DNA of 63,908 nt, the filler included, from Basidioascus undulatus (Eukaryota), in NCBI GenBank assembly GCA_000826855.1. It is 19 parts of 19 records of this genome, joined end to end, with 100 filler letters (N's around TTAATTAATTAA, not from the genome) between each part and the next. Parts side by side here need not be neighbours in the genome. Positions count along the whole stretch, not along the records: positions 11,480 to 13,680 come from JTLS01002877.1; positions 13,781 to 15,980 come from JTLS01002878.1; positions 16,081 to 38,827 come from JTLS01000288.1; 16 more parts are not named here. One strand, 5' to 3'. Numbering within the stretch: the first letter of the stretch is position 1; each line of letters starts with the position of its first letter. A program made the position numbers and the translations under genes. The notes beneath the pieces were generated by a model. The model was not told where the DNA came from. It searched no databases and saw only the letters and a list, made by a program, of their open reading frames with translations. Shown piece by piece: positions 11,573 through 23,957 of the stretch.

Positions 11573-13392
11573 TAACGCCGTCGGCGCCTACGCTGGGTCC
11601 TACTCGATCTACCGTGCCCTCTCCATCGCGTCGGGCCAGCTCTCGCCAGACCACAGGCCCGACTTCACCAACACCGAGCCGCCTGTGCCGTTCCCTCCGC
11701 AGGCGGGGTGGTTTGCTTCCCCCGCTGGGGATCCCTGGGGGAAGCACAAGATCGTCGCGCTCGACCCGTGGGGGCATCTTGCGCCGCAGGTGGGTCTCCC
11801 TTCCTCCCTTCCCTCTTCTTCCTCTTCTTCCGTTATTGTGTTTATGGCTCTGTTTACTTATGGGGGATGAGGGGAGCAGCTCTTCAAGGAAAGTCATTTT
11901 GACAAGGGCCTCGACATCCGCCCTACGATCGCTATCACCCGCGCGCATATCGCGATGGGCGAGCTGGACGTGTCCGCCTCGCTGGGCAACCTGCCCATGT
12001 GCGCACCTCCCCCTTCCCCTCTCCCTGTTCCGCTTCCCCTTCCTGCGTTTCCCTCTCTCCTTCTTCCAGATCGAATTAGCCATGCTGATGGTTGGGCTTG
12101 CAATTCCACAGCGACGGCACCGTCGTCCAGCGCGCCCCGCACGGCGGGGGGGTCGAGCTGAATGTGACGAAGGCGGCCGTCGAGCCGGTGTGGTACCTCC
12201 CCGGCGTGGCCGAGCGGTTCAACATCTCCGAGGGCACGCTGCGTCGCGCGCTGTTTGAGGACACGGGGGGGATGTAGTGCGTTCTTTGCCCCTCCTCTCC
12301 AAGAAGAGGGTGTTGATAAGATGGGTGGATGGGTGGTCCAACAGCCCCGAGCTCCTCACCCGCCCGGACCTCAAGACGTTCCTCCCCCCCATCGGCGGTC
12401 TGACTGTCTACATCTTTGGGCCACCCGGTACGTCTTTGCCCCCTCCCCCTCTCCGTCCTTCCCTTGTCCCCTTCCCCTTCTTCCTTTCTGACGGAAAACG
12501 TGGGGACCGACAGAGTACATCCGCGATCCCACAAAGGAGCTCACCCTCCGCGTGCACGACGAGTGCAACGGCTCCGACGTGTTCGGCTCCGACATCTGCA
12601 CGTGCAGGCCTTACCTCATGTGCGTCTTCCCCCTTCCTCTTCCCCACCCTCCCCATCCCTCTTCGCTTTTAAGATACTCCCGGGGTTTGAGCTGATTGGG
12701 TACGGAGGATGGGGCGGCAGTTATGGGATTGAGGAGGCTGTGCGGTGCGCGCAGCGCGGGGGGGTCGGCGTTGTTGTGTACTTTAGGAAGGAGGGAAGGG
12801 CGCTGGGAGAAGGTGCGTCGTAACCTTTATCTCAACATGAGGAAGGTGTATGCTGACAAGGGAGGGATGCCGCGCAGTCACCAAGTACCTCGTCTACAAC
12901 GCGCGCAAGCGCGGGGGCGACTCGTGCGTCCCCCTTCCCTATCCTTTCCTTTCTGTCTCTTTGCTGTTGTGAAGGGGTGAAAGGAAGTGAGATGCTGATT
13001 CGAGGGTATCCGAATAAAACAGCGCCGACATGTACTTCCGCCGCACGGAGCTGATCGCAGGTGTGAAGGACATGCGGATGCAAGGTCCACTCTCCCTCCC
13101 TCTCTCCCTCCCTCTCCCTCTCTCTCTCTCTCCCTTCCTCCCTTTCTCTCCCTTCCTCCCTTTCTCCTTTCCTTCCACATACTGACGTCTTCTTCCATTC
13201 CAGCTCTGATGCCCGACGTTCTCCACTGTACGTTCTAAACAGAGGAACGGAGAGTGCGAGATGAGGGTGCGGGATCGCTGAGAGATGAGGGATGGGGGGA
13301 CAGGGCTGGGGATTACAAAAATCGACAACATGATATCGATGAGCGATATGAAGTACGACGCGATCGTCAAGTCGGGGATTCCTATCCAAAAG
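11573..13392 (+). CDS. urg1: Uracil-regulated protein 1 / GTP cyclohydrolase II-like protein, internal part, many exons
   Basis: NAVGAYAGSYSIYRAL, AAVEPVWYLPGVAERF, LRVHDECNGSDVFGSDICTCRPYL, YFRKEGRALGEVTKYLVYNARKR, LMPDVLHWLGITKIDNMISMSDMKYDAIV. Confidence 0.93.
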
Positions 13393-13780
13393 GTGCGCGT
13401 TCTTCTTCTTTCTTCCTCTCCCTCCCCTACCCCCCAGCTCCCCCTCCCCCTCACGGGCGTCCACGCTCCCCGGACTCCCCGCTGTGGGTGTCGAGCCCGT
13501 CGAGAAGAGGCTGAGGAGCGCTGAGAGGCCGTGCGCGCTCTGGTTTGGGTCGGAGGAGGGCGAGGAGGCGGAGGAGGCGAGGAACGCGAGGGGCCCGGGG
13601 GCGGGTCGGCGGTTCGCTTTGCGCGTTGACTGTGGGTGGGGGGTAAGCTCGAGATAATCGAAGAACCGGGGAAAAAGGAANNNNNNNNNNNNNNNNNNNN
13701 NNNNNNNNNNNNNNNNNNNNNNNNTTAATTAATTAANNNNNNNNNNNNNNNNNNNNNNNNNNNNNNNNNNNNNNNNNNNN

Positions 13781-15485
13781 GGGGAGCGGGACGGGGGCGG
13801 GCATGGAGGATGACGAGGGGCGCTTGTACTTGTACGGCGTCGCGCGCACGTACGCGCCTACCATTCCCTCGAACTTCCAGTGCCCCTGTACGGGGCTTGG
13901 GTGGGCAGCTCGGCACGCGCGCTCGACGAGCGCGAGGCGCTCGCCCCATGTCGCGGAGCCGTATGCGTCCCTCGCGCTGCGGAGGAGGGCTGCGGAGAGG
14001 TGGAGGAGTCCGTGGTCGGCGAGGAGGGAAGAGAGACGCGCAATGTGCGCGGGGGGGACGGGGAGGGAGGCGTGCAGGAGTGCATACATGGAGAGCGTTG
14101 GGAGTGGCGGGGTTGTGAGGGAGAAGGAACGCGCGGGAGGGGGTGGGCGCGTGAGGAGGGAGGTGAGTGCTTGGAGGGCAGGGATGTGGTGCGTTATGGA
14201 AGAGGGAGAGGAGGAGGAGAAGTCGAAAGCCCGCGCGGTGAGGACGAGCGCGACGCCCGCCCACCCTACCCAGCTGTCCATCACCCGCGCGCCCACCTCC
14301 TCCGCGAGCCTGGCGATCTCTGTGCGCGCCTCGCCGACCTCCTCGCCCTCCCAGCTGAACCTGATCAGCCCGCCCTCCTGCGCGCCGACCCACTCGAGTG
14401 CCCGCGCAGGCGGGCAGGGTGCCTGGAGCGCCCCGCGGATCTGTGCGGCGCGGAGCGCGACGGAGGGGGTGAGGGCATCGACTGCGCGGCTGGCGGAGAG
14501 CTCGGGCTCGAAGTGCGGGAGGAGGCGGGCGGTGCAGTGGGCTATGAGGGACGAGGGCGCAGGGAGGCGCAGAAGGTAGTCTGCAGGGGGCAGCGTCGGC
14601 CGCGAGAAGGACGAGAGGAGCACGTGGTGTAGCGTGTCGAGTAGTTGGAGCGGGCGCGGGGACGTGGGTGCCAGGAGGAAGGAGAGGAGCGGGTGGTAGG
14701 CGCTTAGGGTCGGGGAGGAGAGGATGAGCGAAAGTGCGTGGGTGGGGAGGATGTGTCTGTGAGCGGGAGGAGAGCGGTCTGTTCAGCTTGAAAGCGACGA
14801 GCATGGATGGGGTCAGGGAATGAACGCACCTTCGCATATGCGGCCAGACCGCCTCATACCACTCATCAATGAGCTCGACCTCCTCCTCCCCCGGATGCTC
14901 CTCCCCCGGATCGCGGCTCTCGACCATGTACCCGACCCTCCTCGCAGCGAGGACCGCCAGGCTGGGCACGCCGCCGCCCCCACCCCCGCCTGGGTTGCCC
15001 TCGTTCCCGCACGCCTCAAGCACATTCCTGTACGCGTCCCGCACGGCGTGCACCCGGGGCACAAGCAGCGCGAGCTGCACGCCGTGGAGGGTCTTGCCCG
15101 CCCAGCTGGCGGGGTTCACGTCGCCGGAGAACCTAGCCGCGGAGGAGGGGAGGAGCGCGAATGGGTGGACGACGGTCGAGGACGAGGTTGAAGCGCCCGT
15201 GTTGTCGTGTCGGCGGCGGTAGGTGATGCTCGCCTTCCTGCGCAGCTGCGGCCCGGGGAAGACGGGCGAGCCGTCGGCGTAGTGCGGGGGCGGGGGGAGC
15301 GGGGAAGACGAGCCCGGGTATTGTTGTTGAGGTGTGTGATGGTGGTCAAGTGTAGATGAGGAGGAGATGAGTGCCTCGAGCGCTGCGAGCTTGGTGCGGA
15401 AGGGGCGAAGGAGGCGGTGGATCTTGGGCAGCTCGAGCGGGGCAAGGTCGTCCTGCGGCTGCGATGCGCCCGTCCGGCGGGCCAT
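13781..15485 (-). CDS. Hypothetical protein, two exons (about 15485-14831 and 14759-13781), 3'-truncated
   Basis: Long GC3-rich frames, MARRTGASQPQDDLAPLELPKIHRLLRPFRTKLAAL...DEWYEAVWPHMRR, joined by a GTGCGT..CAG intron to the next exon. Confidence 0.7.
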
Positions 15486-16161
15486 CGTGCAAGCGGGTAT
15501 AGTGGGATTACAGGGCAGGGCAATGGGCAGGCAATGAGATGATGGGAGGAGAGAAAGACGCTGTGAATGCCGTTGGCTGCTGTTGCAGTCGAGACGACGC
15601 GACTGGGACAACGCGCGCGCCTTGCCCCTTCGCGTCGCCTGAGTCAGGCGCACGAAGGAGAACCAGCAAAGTAAAGCATCATACGGTAAAACACCCACAA
15701 AGCTGTTCCTTTGTGATCCTCCTCCGAAATTAAAAGAAAGGGTTTGCACAGTAATCAGGCAGCTGAGTGCTGTTCAAAAGTCATAGAGAGACGTGACCAC
15801 GATTCATGATTCGACTGTTCTCCAACCCTCATGCCCAAAAAAGCTAGCAATATGACACACAACAACAACAGCAACAACACCCAAGAACCCGAGAAAGAAA
15901 GAACCACCCCTACAGTATCCTCCAGTACCCACCCACGCGTACTCGTCGCGCGTGCCTCGGAAAGTGAAGGGCCAGGTCAGNNNNNNNNNNNNNNNNNNNN
16001 NNNNNNNNNNNNNNNNNNNNNNNNTTAATTAATTAANNNNNNNNNNNNNNNNNNNNNNNNNNNNNNNNNNNNNNNNNNNNTCCTCGTAGTGCGCGTAGAC
16101 GACGTCGAGCGCCGCGCGCGTGCGGAAGGCGGCGAAGGAGGGAAAGGGAGAAAAGGACGCA

Positions 16162-16664
16162 CGACCATAATCACATGCGTATCGGCGTACGAGAGCGAGC
16201 GGAGGCGGGAGAAGTCTTCCTGCCCTGCGGTATCCCACAGGGAAAGCTCGACGAGGTGGTCGTCGATCCAAATGTCCTGGTTCCCCACCCACCATTCAGC
16301 ACAGCCCGCGGACATGCAAGATGGGGGGGGGAACAGGGGACGGACATGGACATAGTTCTCAAACACCGTCGGCTCGTACACCTGCGGGAAGTAGCCGCGC
16401 GTGTAGACGCTGTCCTCCCACCACACTCACCAACTCATGAGCTGCGCGTGCGACCGTGGGGAGGGGGACAGGGAGGGGAAGGACGGACTTGAGCAAGCTC
16501 GTCTTTCCGCAGGCGCCATCCCCCACAACGACGAGTTTGCGCTGGAGCTGTGTCCCACACCCCATCAGTCAGCTTGGGGAGATAGGAAGGATGGTGGGGG
16601 GACGTGCGGGTCGTGAGCGGGACGAGAGGGAGAGCTGGTTCGAGGAGCTGCCGCAGAGGGGCAT
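16162..16664 (-). CDS. RHO3: Rho-family GTPase Rho3, 5' half
   Basis: MPLCG N-terminus; [66 protein letters not shown]; first intron 16607-16548 has a GCACGT donor. Confidence 0.92.
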
Positions 16665-17031
16665 CGTTTCGTTCGTTCGTCCGTTCGTCGGGGGGAGCAG
16701 TCGTACGCAGCCTTACACTGAGATGTGAAGCTAGATGAGAGAGATGGGAGCTGTGTTGGATTGTGTGTTGGATTGTTGATTGTTGACTGGGAGACGGACG
16801 GAGAGCGCGGCGAGGACGCGAGCGGTACACGGTGGAGAGCCAGGAGGCTGGAGTTTTGAAGTGCACGCGACAGTCCGTCAAGTGTCTACTGTGCGGTCGC
16901 ACTAGATATACATAGTCGGTGGAATATGTCTCAGCAATAACTTGACTTGCATGCGGCGGTCCTCTGCGGACGGGAGGTCCTCGCTCTTGATAGCGCACCA
17001 CCCACCTTTCCGTTGCAGTTAGAGGAGCAAC

Positions 17032-17516
17032 ATGCCCAGCGCGACGTACATCGATGCCAATGGGCGCCTGACCAAGCGCCTGCCGTGGCACAAGCAGGCA
17101 CTCAACTTCGTCCTCTCACTCTGGGCGCTCCTTGTGTTGCTCGTGTCGACTTTCTTCTCCGTGCGTACCCCTCCCTCTTCACCTGACCCCTCGCCCTCCT
17201 TCTCCCCCTTCCTCTTCCCGCCTGTTTCCGCTGCGTCCTGAAGACAGCTGATCTGCTTGGTGGAACCAGCCTGCAAAGCAGCAGCGCGTCCTAGACGGGC
17301 GCGAGCGCCGCCGCGGCGCAGGCGCGGGCGCAGGGGCAGCAGGCGGTGGCGGGGGGAGGCCTAGGGAGATGCGGATTAGCGATTTGACGCAGGGGCGGCC
17401 TAGTGAGTTGTTTTGTTTGAGGATGCTGGAAGTGCTGGAGGCGGGAGGTGGAGTGTTGACGCTACGGTGGGGTGCGGCGTGTAGCGGTGGATGGCTGCAG
17501 GAGCTGCTGTGGCTGA
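17032..17516 (+). CDS. Selenoprotein K (SelK/SelG)-like small ER membrane protein, Cys-type, 97 aa; exons 17032-17160, 17270-17402, 17485-17516
   Basis: Spliced: MPSATYIDANGRLTKRLPWHKQALNFVLSLWALLVLLVSTFFS-PAKQQ...G-rich...REMRISDLTQGRPTVDGCRSCCG*; YI-x2-NG, PW, single TM, Gly/Arg tail and terminal Cys cluster fit the SelK architecture. Confidence 0.72.
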
Positions 17517-17906
17517 GGCTGGGGTGGGGGTCGCCACATTGGAGGGTAGTAGTGGGTGTGGGAGGCGGGGTTGGATGGGGATCGCCGCAGGTGGGGTGGA
17601 GATGTGGGAGTAGGCCGTGGCGACCAGTGCAGTTCCCCCTTCGCTTTTCTCGACAGAACACCGTCCTTTCTGTCGTTCTTCTTACGTATATTGTCCGAAT
17701 TTGATACCTCTTACAAACCAATAGAGACCTTAAGCAGTCTTCCCGTTCCCTCGTAGAGCTGCGCACAAACCCCACTTGCAGGCTCCATGTTGCGTTGAGC
17801 TTTCTTTGCTGGCTGGACTTCCGGACTTCCATAGCACCTGAGGCTTCCACACGAGCAGCTAATCAAATGCTCATTTTGTCTTCCAACGCCCAACCACCCA
17901 CCCATC

Positions 17907-19673
17907 TTAGGCGTGCACCGCACTGCGCAGTCCCTCATTTCCCCCCTCCTGCTCCTGCTCCAGCACCCACCTCGCAACGAGCTCGTTCGTTTCCTGTGCA
18001 CCCAACCCATGCCCGAACCCCCACAAAGTATCAGCAATCCACCTTTTCGCCGAAACACGGTACAAGCAGAGGCGGTAGAGAAAGAAGAGGGACGCAGCGC
18101 ACCTTCGGGTGGCTCACGCTCAAAAAATGTTGGCCGCCCTCGATGAACTCGACCTTGACTGAGCGGGCGTTGACGAGCTGCTTTGCATATCTGAGTGGTG
18201 TCGACATGCATACCCAACAACTTCAGTCAGTGACAGGAGAGGGCAGAGGGGAAACATGTTTGGAGTCGATAGTAGCGGGACACACCGCTTGGCGATAGCG
18301 GGCGAGTAGACGAGATCCTTCGTGCCGTGCTGTTTTCAAAATTCATTTAGATTGTGTTTGGGCTTAGTTTATGGAGAGTTGGAATAGGGGTCGATGGAGA
18401 TGGAGAAGGGGTGAACGCACAGCAACCAGCACCGGGCAGATGATTTCCGGCAGGCGGTGCTCGAGCGAGTCGCGCTCGCCTAGGCAGACGGTGCCTATCC
18501 ATCCGCATAACCATCATTACCAATTGTACTGGATAAACCGAGCAGTGGAGGAGAAAAGGAAGGGGAGAAACCCCTCACACATCAAGATCTTCTTCCGCCC
18601 CTCGTCGCCCGGGTACGTCTTCTTGATGCTCTCGCTCCAGTACGCGTGCTCTATCGTCCCGTTCCCCCGTCACATCCCATCTCACAATCTTTCTCTTTTC
18701 AGGAAGAAAAGTCAGGCGGGGCTCACGCTCCGGCGTCACAGCATCCCCAAACCCGACATGGATAAGATCGTCGCAGAACGACTGGGGCACGACAAACTCG
18801 GGCGTGGGCTTGTCGGACGCGAAGGATTCGTACCACTTCCCTCCCACGCCCAGCGGTAAGTATCTCAAAATCTGTTTGGGAGTTGAGAGGGGGACAGGCG
18901 CACAGACTTGAACACCTCATCCACATTCCAGCACCCAAGCTCGCGCGTCCAGGGGGACTCGCCGTACATTGAGGAGCCGATGGGGATGATGCCTTTAATC
19001 TGGTTTCCACACCACAACTCAACCATGAATCATGAAGACAGTTTATTGAAGAAAGGGTACGACGCACCTTGTCAGGCCGCAAAATCGCCATGCGCGCGAC
19101 GATGAACCCGCCCTGCGACGTGCCAAGGGCGTAGACGGTGTTGATTCCTAGCTCATCCTTCCCCGCCGCACATAGCCCATACTTTCAGTAAGGCAGAAAG
19201 AAAAGAAAGAGAAGGGATAAGTGAGAGCAGAGAGGGTTAAGGGGGAAGCAACGCACGAGCAGGTCGAGCACCATCTTGGCTGTCTCCCAGTACGACCACC
19301 CGAGCGGGCCTTGGGTACGGCCGTGGCCCTTTTTTCCCCAGGCATAAAAATTTCAGAACGAGCGATTCGAAATAGCAATGGTTGGGAGGGCGGAGGGAAG
19401 GGGCGCACCAGCTCGTCGACCGCCAGCAAGTTGAGCTTGGACGTCAGTTCCTGGTCGCTGTACTGTGGTCTGCCCCCCCGGTTCCCAGAAACAAGAATCA
19501 GAGGGGGAATAAAAGAAGGGTTGGGAGAGGGGATAGGCGGACCCATGAAGTTCCAAGTGCGTTGTGAAGCTGTGCAAAAGAACAAGCGTCGGGTGCGCGA
19601 GGTCGGGGACGGCGGGGACGAGCCGGTAGACGGGGCGCGCGCCGGAAGGGAGGGGGGTCGCCCGGGTCTCCAT
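17907..19673 (-). CDS. Alpha/beta fold hydrolase, complete, about 11 exons
   Basis: PTLVLLHSF, LLAVDEL|GHGRT, nucleophile elbow ALGTSQGGFIV, HGTKDLVY, IEGGQHFLS; stop TAA at 17907. Confidence 0.85.
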
Positions 19674-20375
19674 TTAGAACTTTGGAATGGGTGAAAGGGG
19701 AAAGTGGGGGTGAGTGGAGGAGGGATGTGGAGAGAGGAGGGGAAAGAGAGGGTGAGGGCATTCATTCTCGCTAGGCACGCCTGACTGTTGCCCTGCTGCG
19801 TCGGATAGTATAGAAGTCAAGGGACTTCTGGGAAGGAACTCAACATGGTAGCCCACTCGGTGTGTTGTAGGCTGCGCGAACCGGTATTGTGAAATGCGAC
19901 TGTGACATGTGGGAGCGTGAACAATAGGCACATTCACGCCTTCACCCCCTCCTCACTTCAAGGCTGCTTTGCCCTATTATGAACCGGTCCCAAGATATCA
20001 TAGAATGTTCCCATACGGCTTCCGGAGCCCCTGTCAAAACACTGTTCGTAAAGATGTGTGCTCAGGCAAGGACGGCAGCCAGGACGATGTGGTGAGCGAC
20101 GTTGACGCAATGCCTCCAGCGTTGGATGCATCCCTACCTGTGAGAATGTACAAGAAATAATTGAAATCTGAGTAGTCTAGGGCATGAAGGGGGTTTGCCC
20201 TCCTGGAAGCCAAGGAGCAGCGGTGCAAGACTGAGTGGCGACCTCGTGTAGGCGGTGGATGGAACACAGATCGCTCCGATGCACGAAAGTGGTTTATCAA
20301 TCCGATCCAGAACAGTAGCGGACACACAACGCAAGGTACAGAAATTTGACCTCCTGTTCCCCACCCAAAGCCTCT

Positions 20376-21191
20376 TCACTTCACTGCAGTTGCCCCCCTA
20401 CGCGTCGCAGCGCCCTTCCCCCCGCCCTCCTGCTCCTCCCCCTCTCCAATAAACACCACCACCTCCCTCGCCCTCTTATCGCTCTCCACAGCCTCCCGCA
20501 TCAGCTCCCTAACCAGCGCGGACCTCGCCTCCGTGCACTCCACCTCGATCCTCTCCACGCCCTCCCTCCCCGCTAGCTTAACAAGCAGCTCCGCCTCGAC
20601 AGCATGCCTCAGGGGTGCGAGCCGAATCCGCTTGAGCGTTGGGGGGAAGTGGTGCGCGAGCGCCGGCCACGGCGCAAAGTCCATCTGGAGCTCCTCGAAG
20701 CGGGTCCAGCGCCAGTCGTCCCCGCACAGGGCGGTCGTGAGCGCGAGGGAGAAGCCCTTGGCCGTGGAGAGCGGGAGGGACGGCGCGGATGAGAAGAGGT
20801 GTGCGGAGCGTGGGTTAAGCGCGCGGAAGAGCATCGTGAATGTGTGGGAGGCGGTTGAGGTTAGGGCGTGGAACTCGTCGATCGTCCGGTGCTGCTGTCG
20901 CCCTTGGGCCCCGTGCGCGGAGACGTCGAGCGCGAGGTGCGCGGTGTGGGAACGTGGGAGATCGGAGCAGGAGGTGGTGGTGAGGTAGGAGAGGAAGGAA
21001 TGGAGCTGGTGTGGTGTGCGGAGGGAGACGGTGTGCAGCGACGCGGGAACGCTCAGACGGTGGAGGGTCCGCGAGGCGAGGAGGAGCGCGAGGAACGGGG
21101 ACGAGATGGAGGGATCGGGGAGGGTGAAGATGAGGATGCGGTACTGCTCGATAATGAACTCCAGGAGCTCCTCGGGCAGTTCAGATACCAT
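20376..21191 (-). CDS. Intronless hypothetical protein with an F-box-like N-terminus
   Basis: Open frame of 271 codons from ATG 21191; ELPEELLEFII...LLLASRTLHRLSVPASLHTVSL pattern. Confidence 0.65.
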   Translation of the reverse strand: MVSELPEELLEFIIEQYRILIFTLPDPSISSPFLALLLASRTLHRLSVPASLHTVSLRTPHQLHSFLSYLTTTSCSDLPRSHTAHLALDVSAHGAQGRQQHRTIDEFHALTSTASHTFTMLFRALNPRSAHLFSSAPSLPLSTAKGFSLALTTALCGDDWRWTRFEELQMDFAPWPALAHHFPPTLKRIRLAPLRHAVEAELLVKLAGREGVERIEVECTEARSALVRELMREAVESDKRAREVVVFIGEGEEQEGGGKGAATRRGATAVK

Positions 21192-21489
21192 GATGGTGGT
21201 GGCGAGGGCGGAAGAAGACGATGGGCCTCGCGCTCGGGTACCAAGGCGGTTCATTGCCGATCATAGACCGTGCGTTGCCAAAGTATTAACTTCTTCCAGT
21301 TCAGCAGCATCGCTCGCTCTGTACTATTCGTGATTTTCCTCTTGAGGTTCAGGGTTGGAATCCTAGCTCTGATTCAACTCCAAACTCTCGTTCTTGCCTT
21401 GATCACCATCGCACAGCCAGCCGTGAAACCCAGCCGATCACAATATTAATTAATGTGCGCTCGTCCATTCGCGCCTTCCTTTTCTTCAC

Positions 21490-23097
21490 CTAATATTCGT
21501 AAAAGCCGCGCCCAGCCTTCTTCCCCAGCCACCCTGCATCCACCATCCGCCCAAGCAAGACGGACGGGCGGTACTTGGAGTCCGCAGTCTCGGTGTACAG
21601 CGTCTCCATGATCGCGTGGCAGGTGTCAAGGCCAATGCTGTGTGTGCAATCGAACGAACAGGTGGATTAGCGGGATTGCCAACGAAGGATCGGAGGCCGG
21701 AAGAGGCGAGAGGATGGGTAGGTGAGAGGGGAGAGAACGTACAAGTCGGCTGTGTGAGTTGGATGGCGAGAACAACGGAAGCGTTAGCGAGATGGCAGCA
21801 GATGAAGGCGTGTGGGGACGTGCCGAGCGCAAGAGGTCCCATCGGGTGGTTCATGCCTGTGGGAAGACAAATGATGAGAAAATGTGGCATAACGCAGTTC
21901 CGTGGAAGGGGACACTTACCGAGGCGGAGCGTCTTGTCGATGTCCTCCCGCGTAGCGACGCCCTGTCGTAGAGACGCAGTTTCAGCGTGAAGTCCGTAAT
22001 ATCCTCCCTTATCAAGAGGAGAAGAAATAGTGGTCAGCCCGTCCTACCTTCTCGAGCGCCATCACAGCCTCGTTGATAAACGGCATAAGCAGCGCGTTCG
22101 AAACAAACCCAGGAACGTCCTTGCTCGTCGTAACCTCTGCACAATCCCCCACATAATTAGACATTAGATCTTTCCAGCGCGACCGGCCTCGTGAGATGGA
22201 AAGGAATGAGACGTACCCTTTCCACATGCGACTGCGAAAGACCGAGCGCGATCGAGCACCTCCGGGCGCGTCTGAAGACCTGCGATGAGCTCGACGAGAG
22301 GCATCACCGGCACGGGATTGAAGAAGTGGACACCTGGTCATCGCAAAAACCACAGTTTCAGTTTCACCTCCCGGGAGGGGCCTGGCAGTTAAGAGACGGC
22401 TGATGATATTCCAACGCACCGCACACCCGGCCCGGGCTGGGGCTCTTCGCGAGCTCCTCAGCGGTCGGAGAGTCGGACGGGATAGCAGAAGCGGCGATCT
22501 TGGAGATGGAGATGCTGGACGTGTTGGATGCGAGGATCGCGTCGTCCCGGACGTGCTTCGCGAGCGCGCGGAAGATGTCCTGCTTCAGTCCGAGCTTCTC
22601 GCTAACGGCCTAGTCGTACAATGCCCAGTTCCCACGCAGACTATTGAGCCCTACAAGTTCCTCTCCCGATCCACACACTCGGCGAGGGGTACGCACCTCA
22701 ATGACCAGGTCCGCGTCCGTCAGGTCCTGCACCCCATTCCCGACCTTCACCCGGGCCCGCGCCTCATCCGCGTCCCTCTGCTGGATCTTCCCCTTCGACA
22801 CATCCTTCTTAAGCAGCGAGTCGAAGAACGACAGCCCCTTCTCGAGCTGCGTCGGCGAGTTGTCGAGCAGCGTCACGGGCACGCGCGCGCGCAGCACGGA
22901 GACGTAGGTTATGCCGAGGCCCATCTGGCCGGCGCCTGAGGTTCAAGTTCCAGAAAATGAGGAATAGGACGCGCTTCAATCAGCACTGGAAGGACGTAAT
23001 AGGCAAGGTCGGGGAGGAGGACTGGGTACGAAGGGGGAATCGACTCACCGATGACGCCGAGCCGCTTGACACTGTGCGCGACAGCAGAGGAAGACAT
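21490..23097 (-). CDS. 3-hydroxybutyryl-CoA / 3-hydroxyacyl-CoA dehydrogenase, complete, multi-exon
   Basis: [13 protein letters not shown] Rossmann motif, [68 protein letters not shown]. Confidence 0.95.
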
Positions 23098-23957
23098 TTC
23101 TCGAGCTTGTATGAATGTCGTGCAGTTGTAGAGCGTGATGATGAATGAAGAATTTATACGGTGAGAGTTGAAGGAGGAAGGGAAGCACACAGAAGTGACG
23201 GCATCGGGACGTCCGGCTCGTATGTGTGCCGGGCCGTCCCGCCGTCCTTCTTGCTTTGCCAAACTGCGAGCAGGGACGACAAGCAGCACTAAACATTATA
23301 ACTCTTTGGGATCAGGTAAAGGATGTATACTGTGGGTGTTTGAGAATTCACGTACCTCACATACCCTCCAGAGTGCAGGGCTGTCCAGCAACCGTCACAA
23401 CGAAAGCCCAGCTTCGACTTGACGAAAGACTGAAATCGGGTGCGTGTTGACCAAGCAAGAGTGGACATTACATTTGAAAAGGGACTGATTTGTCCTTGAT
23501 AGAAAAGGAGATGAGTTGAAAGACTCAGGATGCGAGTGAAGTACGTTGATTGGACACAGGACTGCCTCTCGATTGTGTTGCCACCGGCTAGCTTCAATGT
23601 GGCCAAAAGACGAGTTGACAATAGGGAAAATATTAAGATAATCTCTTTCAAAAATCACTTTGAGTGTATGGCCAGGCCCAGCGAGTCTAGCCGCAATGCG
23701 CCATGCCCGCAGGAGTTCTTCGAAAGGCTCCTTCACGTCTCAACCGCTTTAGATGCACGAACAGAACATATGGACTCTTACTTGAATGACATATAAAAAG
23801 AAACCTTCCGTAAAGTCTCAGGCGTTCTCCCACTCCTTTCACCTCAAGCGATGCGCTTTGCACCACTGCAAGATCGCCTGTTTCAGCTGGGACCTCAGGG
23901 AAGCTTGGAAGTGGAATGGGTCTGATAACTAGACGAACCTCGTTCTGGATCGGCCAG

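Noticed and set aside
23630..23670. HTLKVIFERDYL resembling deoxyribose-phosphate aldolase
   Set aside because: No other DeoC motif such as KTSTG nearby; probably chance
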